DNA of 64,000 nt. It comes from an uncultured Actinomycetota bacterium. Lineage in GTDB: Bacteria > Actinomycetota > Actinomycetes > Propionibacteriales > Nocardioidaceae. This document shows positions 21,784 through 31,880 of the stretch, piece after piece. The stretch lies in NCBI GenBank assembly GCA_963823965.1, contig CAWGNO010000014.1, positions 44,698-108,697 on the forward strand, in the 5' to 3' direction. The notes under the pieces were generated by a model. The model was not told the DNA's origin. It saw only the letters and a list, made by a program, of their open reading frames with translations, and did no database searches. The translations under genes were made by a program, and so were the position numbers. Position 1 is the stretch's first letter, and each line of letters opens with the position of its first letter.

Positions 21784-21916
21784 TGGGTCCCTCGCTGGTG
21801 TGCGGCGCCGGTACGTGGGTACGTCGGACGGCCGTGATCGGGCAGGCCGCCCATATCATCCCAGAACGGACCCGTCGCCGCGCACGCGGTGCCAGGGCGT
21901 GGGCTAGGTTGGTGGG

Positions 21917-22210
21917 GTGGAGCACGAGCCCCGGCCTTCCCGGCCCACCGAGAACGTCCAGGTCCACGAGATCGGCAAGCGCCGGTTCGTGGTGGCCGAC
22001 GTCGAGCCGCTCGACGTCGACGGGGTGCGGACCGTGGCTGTCGGCACCGCCTTGTGGGCGGTCGCCTTCGTCCTGCTGCTCCCCTTCTACGACCGGCTGC
22101 AGGCCAGCGGCCGCGTGTGGTGGCTGTGGACCTGCGTGGCCGGGTTCGGGCTCGGCATCATCGGCTGGGACTACTGCCGCCGGCGTCGCCGCCGGGGCGC
22201 GAGCGACTAG
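21917..22210 (+). CDS. DUF2530-like small membrane protein
   Basis: VEPLDVDGVRTVAVGTALWAV...WLWTCVAGFGLG; leaderless TAGGTT-6nt-GTG. Confidence 0.8.
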   Translation: MEHEPRPSRPTENVQVHEIGKRRFVVADVEPLDVDGVRTVAVGTALWAVAFVLLLPFYDRLQASGRVWWLWTCVAGFGLGIIGWDYCRRRRRRGASD

Positions 22211-22977
22211 AACTGCTCGAGGTCGTCCCAGGTGAGCGTGTCGAGCACCGGGTCGGGCAGCGGCGCGGGCAGGTTGCGCTTGTGCAGCTGCGCCTCGCTG
22301 TGCGCACCGCAGCCGTGGTCGAGGGAGACCACCCGGCCGTCGTCGTTGGCGTAGGCGTTGGCACAGACGCCGAAGACCTGGGACAGCGGCCCGGCAAGGC
22401 GGACCAGGAAGCCACAGGAGCCGCAGTGGTCGGGGGCCGACTGGGCGATCGGGGCCTCGGGACCGTGGCTGCCGTCGTACCAGCGCTGCGCGGCGAGGTC
22501 GCGGCCCTCGAGGGACAGGACGCGCGGGCGTCCGAGACCGACCTCGTCGGAGACCTCGCGCACCGTCTCGGCGTCGATCACCTCGTCGTCGGCGAGGTAG
22601 CCGGGCACGAGGCGCGCGTCGTCCTCCTCCGCGGGGAGCAGGTCGCCGGGGCTCAGGTCGCCGGGCTGGATGCGCTCACGCCACGGGACCCAGGCCGGCG
22701 CCACCAGCGCGTCGTCGCCGGGGAGGAGGACAGCCTCGTCCACGGTGACGTGCCGCTGGCGTGCGGCTCGGGCGACCGTCACCGACCAGCGCCAGCCCCG
22801 GTAGCCCGCACGGGTGCAGGCGAAGTAGTGCGTGGTGACGCGCTCGTCCTCGCTCGCGTGCCCCAGGTGCTCCCCCACGTCGGCGGGGTCTGCGAGCTGT
22901 AGGAGGGCCTCGCGGGCAAGGTCGACCGCCCGCACACCCACGGTGTCCGGCTTGTACGTCCGAGCGGCTGCCATCAC
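22207..22977 (-). CDS. DUF3027 domain protein
   Basis: GYRGWRWSVTV, VDEAVLLPG, WVPWRERIQPGDLSPGDLL, CGSCGF...FGVCAN...DGRVVSLDHGCGAHSE. Confidence 0.88.
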   Translation of the reverse strand: MMAAARTYKPDTVGVRAVDLAREALLQLADPADVGEHLGHASEDERVTTHYFACTRAGYRGWRWSVTVARAARQRHVTVDEAVLLPGDDALVAPAWVPWRERIQPGDLSPGDLLPAEEDDARLVPGYLADDEVIDAETVREVSDEVGLGRPRVLSLEGRDLAAQRWYDGSHGPEAPIAQSAPDHCGSCGFLVRLAGPLSQVFGVCANAYANDDGRVVSLDHGCGAHSEAQLHKRNLPAPLPDPVLDTLTWDDLEQF

Positions 22978-23057
22978 CGGGCGATTGTCTCCCATCGGCT
23001 TGGATCGTGTCTCGCCGGGTGCCACATTTCGCCGGCGGGGACCGGCAGGATGGTCCC

Positions 23058-24446
23058 ATGGCGCGCGACGAGGCGACCGGAAACACGCGGCGGCGGACCC
23101 ACCCCGTCTCCGGCGCGGCCCGGCGCGCGGGTGCGGCGACCGGGCGGGCCGCCGGCTACACCTACCGACAGGCCCGGCGCGCCGCCGGGGCGGAGGGGGC
23201 GCGAGAGACCGGGCTCAACCGGCTCATCGAGCTGCACGCGTTCAACGCCGCGGGGGACGCAGCGGTCGCTATCGCGCTGGCCGGCACGCTGTTCTTCCAG
23301 GTCCCCACCGGCGAGGCCCGGCTCCAGGTCGCTCAGTTCCTGGCGCTCACCATGCTCCCCTTCGCGATCGTGGCCCCGGTGATCGGCCCCTTCCTCGACC
23401 GCTTCGGCCACGGCCGTCGCTGGGCCTTCGGCAGCACCATGGCACTGCGCGCCTTCCTGGCCTGGGTCCTCGCGGACGCGGTGACGACCGGGTCGACGGC
23501 CCTCTTCCCGGCTGCCCTGGGTGTGCTGGTGGCCTCGAAGGCGTACCACGTCACGCGCGGCGCCGCCGTACCTCGCCTGCTGCCGGACGGGCTCACCCTG
23601 GTCAAGGCCAATGCCCGGGTCTCCCTCGCGGGTGCCCTCGGCGGTGCGGTGTCCGCGCCGATCGCGCTCCTGGCGAACACCTTCGGGCCGGAGTGGTCGC
23701 TGCGCTACGCGTTCGCGGTCTTCGTGAGCGCGACGATCCTGGCCATCCTGCTGCCCGCCCGGGTCGACTCCGCGCAGGGTGAGGAGCACATCGCGCTCAC
23801 CGCTCCGACCGGGGGCACGGCCACGCCCACTCGCCGGTCGCTCCGGCGCGTGGTCACCGGCGCCGACGTCCCGCCCGTCGTGGTCGTCGGGCTGCTCAGC
23901 AACGCGGGCCTGCGCCTGCTGTCGGGGTTCCTGATCATGTTCATGGCTTTCCTGCTGCGGGAGAAGCCGTTCCCCGGGTGGGAGGACCGGGCGGACGTCC
24001 TGGTCGGCACCGTGATCGGCGCCGCCACGCTGGGCGGGACGATCGGCATCGTCCTCGGCTCGCTGCTGCGCAGGACGGTCCGTCCCGAGCGCACCACGGT
24101 CGCCGCACTCCTCCTGGACGCGGCTGCGGCCGTGGTCGTCGCGGTCTTCTTCGGACTTCCGACGGCCGTGCTGCTGGGCATCGTGGCCGGGCTGGCGCAG
24201 ACCGCGGGCAAGCTCTCGCTCGACGCGCTCATCCAGCGGGAGATCCCCGACCGCAGCAGGGCGAGTGCCTTCGCCCGCTCCGAGACCCTGCTCCAGCTCT
24301 CCTGGGTGCTCGGCGGCTTCCTGGGCATCGCGCTGCCGCTCGTGCCGCAGCTCGGGCTGGGCGTCGCCGCCGGGATCCTGGTGTCCTGGAGCGCCTTCGT
24401 CCTCTACACGGGACGCCGGTCGCGTGCCGGCGTCCCCGGAGCCTGA
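23058..24446 (+). CDS. MFS-type membrane transporter (actinobacterial conserved, Rv0876c-like)
   Basis: GDAAVAIALAGTLFF, PFLDRFGHGRR, KLSLDALIQ, AFARSETLLQLSWVLGG; synteny between DUF3027 and cspB. Confidence 0.85.
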   Translation: MARDEATGNTRRRTHPVSGAARRAGAATGRAAGYTYRQARRAAGAEGARETGLNRLIELHAFNAAGDAAVAIALAGTLFFQVPTGEARLQVAQFLALTMLPFAIVAPVIGPFLDRFGHGRRWAFGSTMALRAFLAWVLADAVTTGSTALFPAALGVLVASKAYHVTRGAAVPRLLPDGLTLVKANARVSLAGALGGAVSAPIALLANTFGPEWSLRYAFAVFVSATILAILLPARVDSAQGEEHIALTAPTGGTATPTRRSLRRVVTGADVPPVVVVGLLSNAGLRLLSGFLIMFMAFLLREKPFPGWEDRADVLVGTVIGAATLGGTIGIVLGSLLRRTVRPERTTVAALLLDAAAAVVVAVFFGLPTAVLLGIVAGLAQTAGKLSLDALIQREIPDRSRASAFARSETLLQLSWVLGGFLGIALPLVPQLGLGVAAGILVSWSAFVLYTGRRSRAGVPGA

Positions 24447-24447
24447 G

Positions 24448-24831
24448 TCAGAGCTCGAGCTCGTCGGCGAGCGCCCGGAGCAGCATCGCCGTCGGCCTGG
24501 CCGTCTTCGGGTCGGGGTGGCGCCCGTTGCGGTACCCCTTCTCGATGTTCTCCAGGAGGCGGTACAGGTCCTCGATGATGTTGACCATCTCGGCGGGCTT
24601 CTTGCGCATCGCCTTCGAGACCGACTGGGCAGGCTCAAGAAGGCGGACCTGCAGGGCCTGGTCGCCCTTGCGGCCCTGGACGACCCCGAACTCGACGCGC
24701 TGGCCGGCCTTCAGACCGGCGACACCGGCGGGCAGTGCGGCGGCCCGGACGTAGACGTCGCCACCCTCGTCCTTGGAGAGGAAGCCGAAGCCCTTCTCGG
24801 CGTCGTACCACTTGACCTTGCCAGTAGGCAC
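24448..24831 (-). CDS. cspB: Cold-shock domain protein with C-terminal extension
   Basis: PTGKVKWYDAEKGFGFL (RNP1), GQRVEFGV. Confidence 0.9.
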   Translation of the reverse strand: MPTGKVKWYDAEKGFGFLSKDEGGDVYVRAAALPAGVAGLKAGQRVEFGVVQGRKGDQALQVRLLEPAQSVSKAMRKKPAEMVNIIEDLYRLLENIEKGYRNGRHPDPKTARPTAMLLRALADELEL

Positions 24832-24920
24832 CGGATGACCTCTTCTTCTACTCGACCACGAGAACCGGGGATGGGACCGGTTTCCAGGATATGGCTGCGT
24901 GCCCCGTCAGCACGAACCGG

Positions 24921-25772
24921 TCAGCGAAAGCGCTCGGGCTCGGCCAGGCGCTCGTTCATCGATCCGGACCGGAAGCCCTTCCGGTCCAGCCGCGCCTGGG
25001 GGAAGCCCGCGCCCCGCGCTGCTTCTACCACGGAGGGCAGCCTCACGGCCTGCTCGAGCAGGTCGGCGTCTATCTCGATGCTCGCCACGTCGTCGAGGTC
25101 ACGGACGCGCAGGTTGCGGACCTGCAGCCCGCTTTCGTCCAAGGCGGCCCGCACGGCGACCTCCGCCCGTTCGATGCGTCCGAGCCGGAAGGGGCTCACC
25201 TCGATGCCGTAGGCGACCCGCGAGGACAGGCAGGCCGCGGCGGGCTTGTCCCAGGTCGGCAGCCCCCACTCGCGGGAGGCCTCCCGGACCTGCTGCTTGG
25301 TCAGGCGGGCGTCGCTCAGCGGGGTGATTGCGCCGCGCTCGGCGGCCGCCCGGATCCCGGGACGGAAGCCCGCCACCGTGTCGTCGGCGTTGGTTCCGGT
25401 CGCGACGTGCTCGATGCCGTGCTCGCGCGCGAGCGGCCCGAGGACGTCGAGCAGCTCGGCCTTGCAGAAGTAGCAGCGATCGCCGGCGTTGGCGCGGTAG
25501 CCCTCGCGCTCCATCTCATGGGTCCGCGGGGTCAGGATGCGGACGCCGAGGGACTCGGCGAAGTCGCGGGCCGGGGACCGCTCGTGCTGCGGCAGGGAGT
25601 CGGAGTACGCCGTGGCGGCCGCGACCCTGCCGGGACCGAGCGCCCGAACGGCGGCGGCGAGCAGGAAGGCGCTGTCGGCACCCCCGCTGAAGGCGACCAT
25701 GACCGACCCGCGCGAGAGCAGGTCTGCCTCCAGCGCGGCGAGGCGCTCGGAGAGGCTGTCGGACTCGGTCAC
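24921..25772 (-). CDS. larE: ATP-dependent sulfur transferase LarE (PP-loop)
   Basis: AFSGGADS PP-loop, RCYFCK, GTNADD...RPG, WDKPAAACLSSR. Confidence 0.9.
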   Translation of the reverse strand: MTESDSLSERLAALEADLLSRGSVMVAFSGGADSAFLLAAAVRALGPGRVAAATAYSDSLPQHERSPARDFAESLGVRILTPRTHEMEREGYRANAGDRCYFCKAELLDVLGPLAREHGIEHVATGTNADDTVAGFRPGIRAAAERGAITPLSDARLTKQQVREASREWGLPTWDKPAAACLSSRVAYGIEVSPFRLGRIERAEVAVRAALDESGLQVRNLRVRDLDDVASIEIDADLLEQAVRLPSVVEAARGAGFPQARLDRKGFRSGSMNERLAEPERFR

Positions 25773-25893
25773 CGAACCACCTTATGTACGCATTCTCATT
25801 GAAACCAACCGACCACCCTGGGAGCATGGGGGGTCCTGAACGGCCGGATGAGCCGAGGATCCGCCTCGGGCGACTGGAAGGGAAGGGAGTCCG

Positions 25894-28674
25894 TTGGGCA
25901 CGTTGACACGCGTTCGGCGGGCCTGTGCGCTCCTCGCCGCAGGAGGGCTCCTGCTCGCCGGTACGCCGGAGCTGGCGGCCGCCGCGCCCGCACCGACGGA
26001 GGTCTCCGCGCCCGGCCTCTACATCGTCTCCCTCGACTCCCCGCCGCGCCCCGACGCCGAGCGGGGCGCCGACAGGCTTCGCCGCGCGCAGGACCGGCTG
26101 CTCGACGCGCTCGGCCGGCCGACCGTGCTGTACCGCTTCACCTCCGCTCTCAACGGGTTCGCGGCGGAGCTCACCCGCGCCCAGGTCAAGCAGCTGCGGT
26201 CCGACCCGCGCGTCGCTCTCGTGGAGCGAAGCACGGTCCAGCACCTCGACTCCTCGAGTTCGGCCGACTACCTGGGGGCCGACCAGGCCTGGCGCTCGAC
26301 CGGGGGTCCGGACGGCGCCGGTCGTGGCACGGTCGTGGGGGTCGTCGACAGCGGCATCTGGCCCGAGAACCCGAGCTTCGCGGCACTCCCCGACGCGCGG
26401 GGTCGCGGCCCTGCCCGGTTCCGGAACGCGTGCGTCTCCGGGGAGCAGTGGGACCGGTCCGACTGCAACAGCAAGGTCGTCGCCGCCCGCTACTTCGTGA
26501 AGGGCTTCGGCAAGGAGAAGCTCGCCGCGGCGGAGTTCCTCTCCCCCCGTGACGGCAGCGGGCACGGCACCCACACGGCCGCGCTCGCCGCGGGCAACGA
26601 CCAGGTGCGCGTCCGCGTCGAGGGCCAGGACTTCGGCTACACCTCGGGCATGGCGCCGGGCGCGCGCATCGCCTCGTACAAGGCCTGCTGGACCGCGCCG
26701 GACCCGGCGGACGACGGCTGCACCACCGCCGACACGGTCGCCGCGATCGACCGCGCGGTGGCCGACGGGGTCGACGTGATCAGCTACGCCGTCTCGGGAC
26801 CGGCAGGGGTCGACTCGGACTCGGTGGAGACGGCCTTCCTCAACGCGACGGCGGCCGGGGTCTTCGTCGCCGCCTCGGCCGGCAACCGCGGACCCGCCGC
26901 CGGCACGGTGGCGCACGCCAGCCCGTGGGTGACGACCGTCGGCGCCAGCACGTCCCACGCCTTCCAGGGAGCGCTCGTCCTCGGCGGCAGGCGCACCCAC
27001 GTCGGCGCGATGGTCTCCGACGAGAGGGTCCGCAGCACCGACCTGGTGCTCGCGAAGGACGTCGCGGCGCCGGGGAGCAGCCGCGAGGACGCCCGGCTCT
27101 GCCGGCCCGGGGCGCTCGACGCCTCCGCGGTGGAGGGAGCGATCGTCCTGTGCGACCGCGGCACGGTCCCCCGCGTCGAGAAGTCCGCGGCCGTGGCCCG
27201 CGCCGGTGGCGTCGGGATGGTGCTGGCCAACGTCCGCCCGGACGCCGTGTACTCCGACTTCCACTCCGTCCCCACCGTCCACCTCGACGCGGCCGCGGCC
27301 GCAGCGGTCAAGCGCTACGTCGCCCAGGCCGACCGCGCCACGGCGTCGATCGACCCGACCGGGGCCGACGACGTGGTGGTCCCCCAGATCGCGCCGTTCT
27401 CCTCCCGTGGCCCCGTGCAGCGTGACGGTGGAAGCCTGCTCAAGCCCGACGTGACCGCACCGGGCGTCGGCGTCCTCTCGGCGGTGGCCCCGGCCTCGGA
27501 CAACAACCGGATGTGGGACCTGCGCTCGGGTACGTCGATGAGCACCGCCCACGTGGCCGGTGTGGCCGCCCTCGTCATGGGCAAGCACCGCCGGTGGACG
27601 CCGGCCATGGTGAAGTCGGCGATGGCCACCACGGCCGACCAGCTCGAGGGGCCGAACGGTCCTCTCGCCGCCGGCGCCGGCCAGATCGACCCCGCCGAGG
27701 CGCTCGACCCCGGTCTCGTGCTGGACGCGTCGATCGGGCGGTACCGCTCGTGGCTCTCCGGCCGCGTACCGACGCGGAAGCTCAACCTTCCCTCGATCGC
27801 GGTCGGCGACCTGACCGGTCGCACCCGGGTGGTCCGCCGGGTCACCAACGTCTCCTCCGGGACCGAGACCTACACCGCACGCGTGGTGGGCCTCGAGGGC
27901 CTGGACGTGCAGGTGCGCCCGCAGTCCCTCGAGCTGGCCCCCGGGGAGACCAAGAAGTTCGCCGTGATCCTCGACCGCGACACCGCCCAGCTGGAGGCTC
28001 CGGCGAGCGGGTACGTCGTGTGGACCGGCCTGAGCCACCAGGCCAGGTTGCCGGTCGTGGCGACCCCCCGGACCGTCGCGGCTCCCGACGAGGCGACCGC
28101 CTCAGGTACACGTGGGCAGCTCTCGTTCGAGGCCGTCGCCGGAACCAGTGGTGAGCTCGACCTCTCGCTGGCCGGGCTCGCGTCCGCGCAGCCGGTCGGG
28201 TTCACGCTCGAGCCGGGTGCGTTCGACCCGGAGAACCCCGAGACCGACGCGGACACGGCGATGTTCCCGATCGACGTGCCGGTCGGCGCGGAGGCGTTGC
28301 GGGTGGCGCTCGAGGGGCGCGACAGCGACGACCTCGACCTCCACCTGTACCGCGGCGACGAGCTGGTCGCCTCGGCCACCGGCAGCGGGGCGGACGAGAT
28401 CCTCACCCAGGCCGCTCCCGAACCGGGGAGCTACCGGCTCTTCGTGTCCGCCGCGGTGGCAGGCAACCGGTCGACCACGACCGCCCAGCTCTACACGTGG
28501 GTGCTGCGGCGCGACGACGCCGGCAACCTCGCCCTGCCGGGCTCCGTCCCCGTGGTGGCCGGCGAGCCGTTCGAGGTGGACCTCGGCTGGGACGGCCTCG
28601 ACGCGACGGCCCGCTGGTTCGGCGCGATCCGCTACGGCGCCTCCGGCGAGCGCACCTACCTCACGCTCAACTGA
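25894..28674 (+). CDS. Secreted S8 subtilase (I9 prodomain, PA domain, Fn3-like and PPC-like C-terminus)
   Basis: Signal peptide; Asp VGVVDSGIWP, His GHGTHTA, Asn SAGNRG, Ser GTSMS; KPDVTAPG; NLPSI. Confidence 0.92.
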   Translation: MGTLTRVRRACALLAAGGLLLAGTPELAAAAPAPTEVSAPGLYIVSLDSPPRPDAERGADRLRRAQDRLLDALGRPTVLYRFTSALNGFAAELTRAQVKQLRSDPRVALVERSTVQHLDSSSSADYLGADQAWRSTGGPDGAGRGTVVGVVDSGIWPENPSFAALPDARGRGPARFRNACVSGEQWDRSDCNSKVVAARYFVKGFGKEKLAAAEFLSPRDGSGHGTHTAALAAGNDQVRVRVEGQDFGYTSGMAPGARIASYKACWTAPDPADDGCTTADTVAAIDRAVADGVDVISYAVSGPAGVDSDSVETAFLNATAAGVFVAASAGNRGPAAGTVAHASPWVTTVGASTSHAFQGALVLGGRRTHVGAMVSDERVRSTDLVLAKDVAAPGSSREDARLCRPGALDASAVEGAIVLCDRGTVPRVEKSAAVARAGGVGMVLANVRPDAVYSDFHSVPTVHLDAAAAAAVKRYVAQADRATASIDPTGADDVVVPQIAPFSSRGPVQRDGGSLLKPDVTAPGVGVLSAVAPASDNNRMWDLRSGTSMSTAHVAGVAALVMGKHRRWTPAMVKSAMATTADQLEGPNGPLAAGAGQIDPAEALDPGLVLDASIGRYRSWLSGRVPTRKLNLPSIAVGDLTGRTRVVRRVTNVSSGTETYTARVVGLEGLDVQVRPQSLELAPGETKKFAVILDRDTAQLEAPASGYVVWTGLSHQARLPVVATPRTVAAPDEATASGTRGQLSFEAVAGTSGELDLSLAGLASAQPVGFTLEPGAFDPENPETDADTAMFPIDVPVGAEALRVALEGRDSDDLDLHLYRGDELVASATGSGADEILTQAAPEPGSYRLFVSAAVAGNRSTTTAQLYTWVLRRDDAGNLALPGSVPVVAGEPFEVDLGWDGLDATARWFGAIRYGASGERTYLTLN

Positions 28675-28680
28675 GGAGGC

Positions 28681-30297
28681 TCAGGACAGGCCCAGCCGAC
28701 GGGCCGCCTCCTCGCGCATCTCGACCTTGCGGATCTTGCCGGTCACCGTCATGGGGAACTCGTCGACCACCATCACGTAGCGCGGGATCTTGTAGTGGGC
28801 GAGCTTGCCCGTCGCGAACTCCCGCACCTGTTCGGCGTCGAGCGGCCTGGCCCCGTCACGCATGCGCACCCAGGCGCACAGCTCCTCGCCGTACTTCTCG
28901 TCGGGGACGCCGATGACCTGCACGTCCTCGATGTCGGGGTGGGTGTAGAGGAACTCCTCGATCTCGCGCGGGTAGATGTTCTCCCCGCCGCGGATCACCA
29001 TGTCCTTGATCCGGCCGACGATGTTGCAGTAGCCGTCCTCGCGCATGACGGCCAGGTCGCCGGTGTGCATCCAGCCGTCCGCGTCGATCGCCTCGTCGGT
29101 CTTCTCCGGGTTGTCCCAGTAGCCGAGCATCACCGAGTAGCCGCGGGTGCAGAGCTCCCCGGGCTCCCCGCGCTCGAGGGTCTCCCCCGACAAGGCGTCC
29201 ACGATCTTGACCTCGACGTGCGGGTGCACCCTCCCGATGGTGGCCGTCCGGCGCTCCAGGTCGTCGTCGCTGCGGGTCTGGCAGGAGACCGGCGAGGTCT
29301 CGGTCATGCCGTAGGCGATCGAGACCCCGGCCATGTGCATGTCGTCGATGCAGCGCTTCATCACCTCGACCGGGCAGATCGACCCCGCCATCACGCCGGT
29401 GCGCAGCGAGGACAGGTCGAAGGAGGCGAAGTCGGGGTGGTTCTGCATCGCGATGAACATCGTCGGTACGCCGTACAGGCCCGTGCACCGCTCGTCCTGC
29501 ACCGCCTCGAGCGTCACGCCAGGCTCGAAGCCGGGCGCCGGGATCACCATGGTCGCTCCGTGGGTCGTGCACCCGAGGTTGCCCATGACCATGCCGAAGC
29601 AGTGGTAGAAGGGCACCGGTATGCAGAGCCGGTCCTCGTGGGTGAACTCGATGGTCTCCGTGGTGAAGAACCCGTTGTTGAGGATGTTGCGGTGCGAGAG
29701 CGTGGCGCCCTTCGGGAACCCGGTCGTGCCCGAGGTGTACTGGATGTTGATCGGGTCGTTGTTCTCGAGGACCGCCAACCGCTGGGCGACGGCGTCGGAG
29801 GGGAGGCCCTCCCCCTGGGCCAGCAGGTCCGCCCAGTCCGACGTACCGATGAAGACGACGCGGTCGAGGGCGTGGCAGTCGTGCCGCACCTCCTCGACCA
29901 TGGCGCGGTAGTCGCTGGTCTTGAACTCGGTGGCCGAGATCAGCATGCGCAGGCCGGACTGGTTGAGGGCGTAGGCGAGCTCGTGGGTGCGGTACGACGG
30001 GTTGACGTTGACCAGGATCGCGCCGATCTTCGCGGTGGCGTACTGCACGAGCGTCCACTCCGCGCAGTTCGGCGACCAGATGCCGACCCGGTCGCCCTTG
30101 GCGATCCCCGCGCCGATCAGGCCGCGTGCGAGCGCGTCCACGTCACGGTCGAGCTCTGCGTAGGTCCAGCGGCGCCCGGTGGCCACCTCCACCAGCGCCT
30201 CCCGCTCGCCGTGCTCGCGCACGATCCGCTCGAAGTTCTCGCCGATCGTCTCCTCGATGAGCGGCGGTGTGGTCTCCCCGGCTGCATAGGACTCCAT
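28681..30297 (-). CDS. AMP-binding acyl-CoA synthetase
   Basis: [44 protein letters not shown]. Confidence 0.93.
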   Translation of the reverse strand: MESYAAGETTPPLIEETIGENFERIVREHGEREALVEVATGRRWTYAELDRDVDALARGLIGAGIAKGDRVGIWSPNCAEWTLVQYATAKIGAILVNVNPSYRTHELAYALNQSGLRMLISATEFKTSDYRAMVEEVRHDCHALDRVVFIGTSDWADLLAQGEGLPSDAVAQRLAVLENNDPINIQYTSGTTGFPKGATLSHRNILNNGFFTTETIEFTHEDRLCIPVPFYHCFGMVMGNLGCTTHGATMVIPAPGFEPGVTLEAVQDERCTGLYGVPTMFIAMQNHPDFASFDLSSLRTGVMAGSICPVEVMKRCIDDMHMAGVSIAYGMTETSPVSCQTRSDDDLERRTATIGRVHPHVEVKIVDALSGETLERGEPGELCTRGYSVMLGYWDNPEKTDEAIDADGWMHTGDLAVMREDGYCNIVGRIKDMVIRGGENIYPREIEEFLYTHPDIEDVQVIGVPDEKYGEELCAWVRMRDGARPLDAEQVREFATGKLAHYKIPRYVMVVDEFPMTVTGKIRKVEMREEAARRLGLS

Positions 30298-30343
30298 GGA
30301 GCGACCCTAGTGACCCTCGACGGGATGACGATAGGTTTCGCGG

Positions 30344-31159
30344 GTGGAACTCAGCGGACGCACAGCATTGGTCACCGGGGCGTCCAGCGGAATCGGCGCA
30401 GCCGTCGCCCGGGAGCTGGCGGCCCGCGGCGCCTCGGTCGTCCTGGTGGCCCGCAGCCGCGTGCCGCTGGAGCGCGTGGCGGACGGGATCCGTGAGGCAG
30501 GAGGGCAGGCGCGGGTCGAGACCGCCGACCTGTCCGAGGTCGCCGAGGTGGAGGACCTCGCCGCCCGCGTCCTGCGTGAGGGAGCCCCGGACGTCCTGGT
30601 GAACAACGCCGGCGCCGGGAGGTGGCTCGCGGTCGACGAGACGCCCGCGGGCGAAGCGGCCTCGATGACGGCGCTGCCCTACCTCGCCGCGTTCGAGCTC
30701 ACCCGGGCCCTGCTGCCCGCGATGATCGAGCGCGGCAGCGGGCGGGTGGTCTGCATGACCTCGGCCGCGGCGTACATGCACGTCCCGGGCGCCGCGGGGT
30801 ACGCCGTGGCGCGCTGGGCGATGCGGGCCTTCGCGGGACAGCTCCGGGCGGACCTGCGAGGCACCGGGGTCGGCGTGACCCTCGTGGCTCCCGCCGAGGT
30901 CGACTCGCCGTACTTCGACCACAACCCGGGCTCACGGGACCGGATCCCGAAGGTGTCGGCCGCTCTCGGGGGCGCGATCACGCCCGACGACGTGGCGCGC
31001 GAGCTGGTGCGTGCGGTGGAGCGCGATGCCCGGGAGACGATCATCCCCCGGCGGGCGGCGGTGCTGATCAGGGCGACCCCGCGCCCGGTCCTCGGCTGGC
31101 TGGTGACCCGGACGGGCTGGCGGCGGTCCCGTCAGCGGCGGGTGAGCCGCTCGAAGTAG
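30344..31159 (+). CDS. SDR family oxidoreductase
   Basis: TGASSGIG, VNNAG, YAVAR (Arg in place of Lys in YxxxK). Confidence 0.88.
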   Translation: MELSGRTALVTGASSGIGAAVARELAARGASVVLVARSRVPLERVADGIREAGGQARVETADLSEVAEVEDLAARVLREGAPDVLVNNAGAGRWLAVDETPAGEAASMTALPYLAAFELTRALLPAMIERGSGRVVCMTSAAAYMHVPGAAGYAVARWAMRAFAGQLRADLRGTGVGVTLVAPAEVDSPYFDHNPGSRDRIPKVSAALGGAITPDDVARELVRAVERDARETIIPRRAAVLIRATPRPVLGWLVTRTGWRRSRQRRVSRSK

Positions 31160-31761
31160 CGGGCGATCTGCGGCACGTCCCAGCCATGCGCCTCGGTCAG
31201 CCCGGTGCCGAGCATGGCGAGGTACTCCGCGCTGGGCTCGGTGTGCTCGACGTGGTCGACCCCGTGCGGGGCGGTGAAGGTCAGCATCGGCGCGCCGGCC
31301 AGACGGCCGATCTCGACGAGCGTCTCGTAGTGCCCGGGCCCGACGTGGTGCCGGCCGTCCAACTCGGGGTCGAGGCCGCCGAGGACGATCTCCTCGATGG
31401 GGTCCTCGGGGTCGGGGACGCGGTGCATCTCCTGCGCAGCGATGTCGGCGAACTGCTGCGCGGTCACCAGGTAGGCGACACCGACCGACGGACCGGGGGT
31501 CTCGTGGTCGTAGAACGCGACGCCGCCACCCCACTGCGTGGACTGCCCGGCGAAGTAGACCGACCCGGGCAGGTCGACGGCGATCCGGTGCCGCGGCGGG
31601 CGAGGATCGCGTGCTCCCGGGTTGGCGCGGTTTCCGCCGACGGGGACACCGCCCTCGATGTAGCAGGCCAGACGGTCCGCCGACATGTTGGACCCGTAGC
31701 TGACGTACCAGACCTCACCATCGTGCGGAAGGGGACTTACGTGCTCTTCTGCTTCAATCAT
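31132..31761 (-). CDS. Gamma-glutamylcyclotransferase-like fold protein (start uncertain)
   Basis: WYVSYGSNM motif; YFAGQSTQWGGG; QQFADIAAQEMHR; PSAEYL. Confidence 0.7.
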   Translation of the reverse strand: MIEAEEHVSPLPHDGEVWYVSYGSNMSADRLACYIEGGVPVGGNRANPGARDPRPPRHRIAVDLPGSVYFAGQSTQWGGGVAFYDHETPGPSVGVAYLVTAQQFADIAAQEMHRVPDPEDPIEEIVLGGLDPELDGRHHVGPGHYETLVEIGRLAGAPMLTFTAPHGVDHVEHTEPSAEYLAMLGTGLTEAHGWDVPQIARYFERLTRR

Positions 31762-31880
31762 GGCTGGCAGGCAACTTACCCACGTTCCGGCCGGGCCGAA
31801 CCTCGACCCGGACGTGAAGTGGCTCTCCCATCGGGCCGTCACGCGCGCCGCTGGGCAGGCTCGCTAGTACCGTGGAGCGG

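Noticed and set aside
21784-21916. Purine or other riboswitch upstream of the NCS2 permease
   Set aside because: No recognisable aptamer core or expression-platform hairpin
25516-28038. 840-aa minus-strand ORF opposite the subtilase
   Set aside because: Shadow ORF; R/G/A-rich with no family motifs
31762-31880. LexA (SOS) box upstream of the XPB module
   Set aside because: CCGAAC half-site only; no matching GTTCG at the 4-nt spacing
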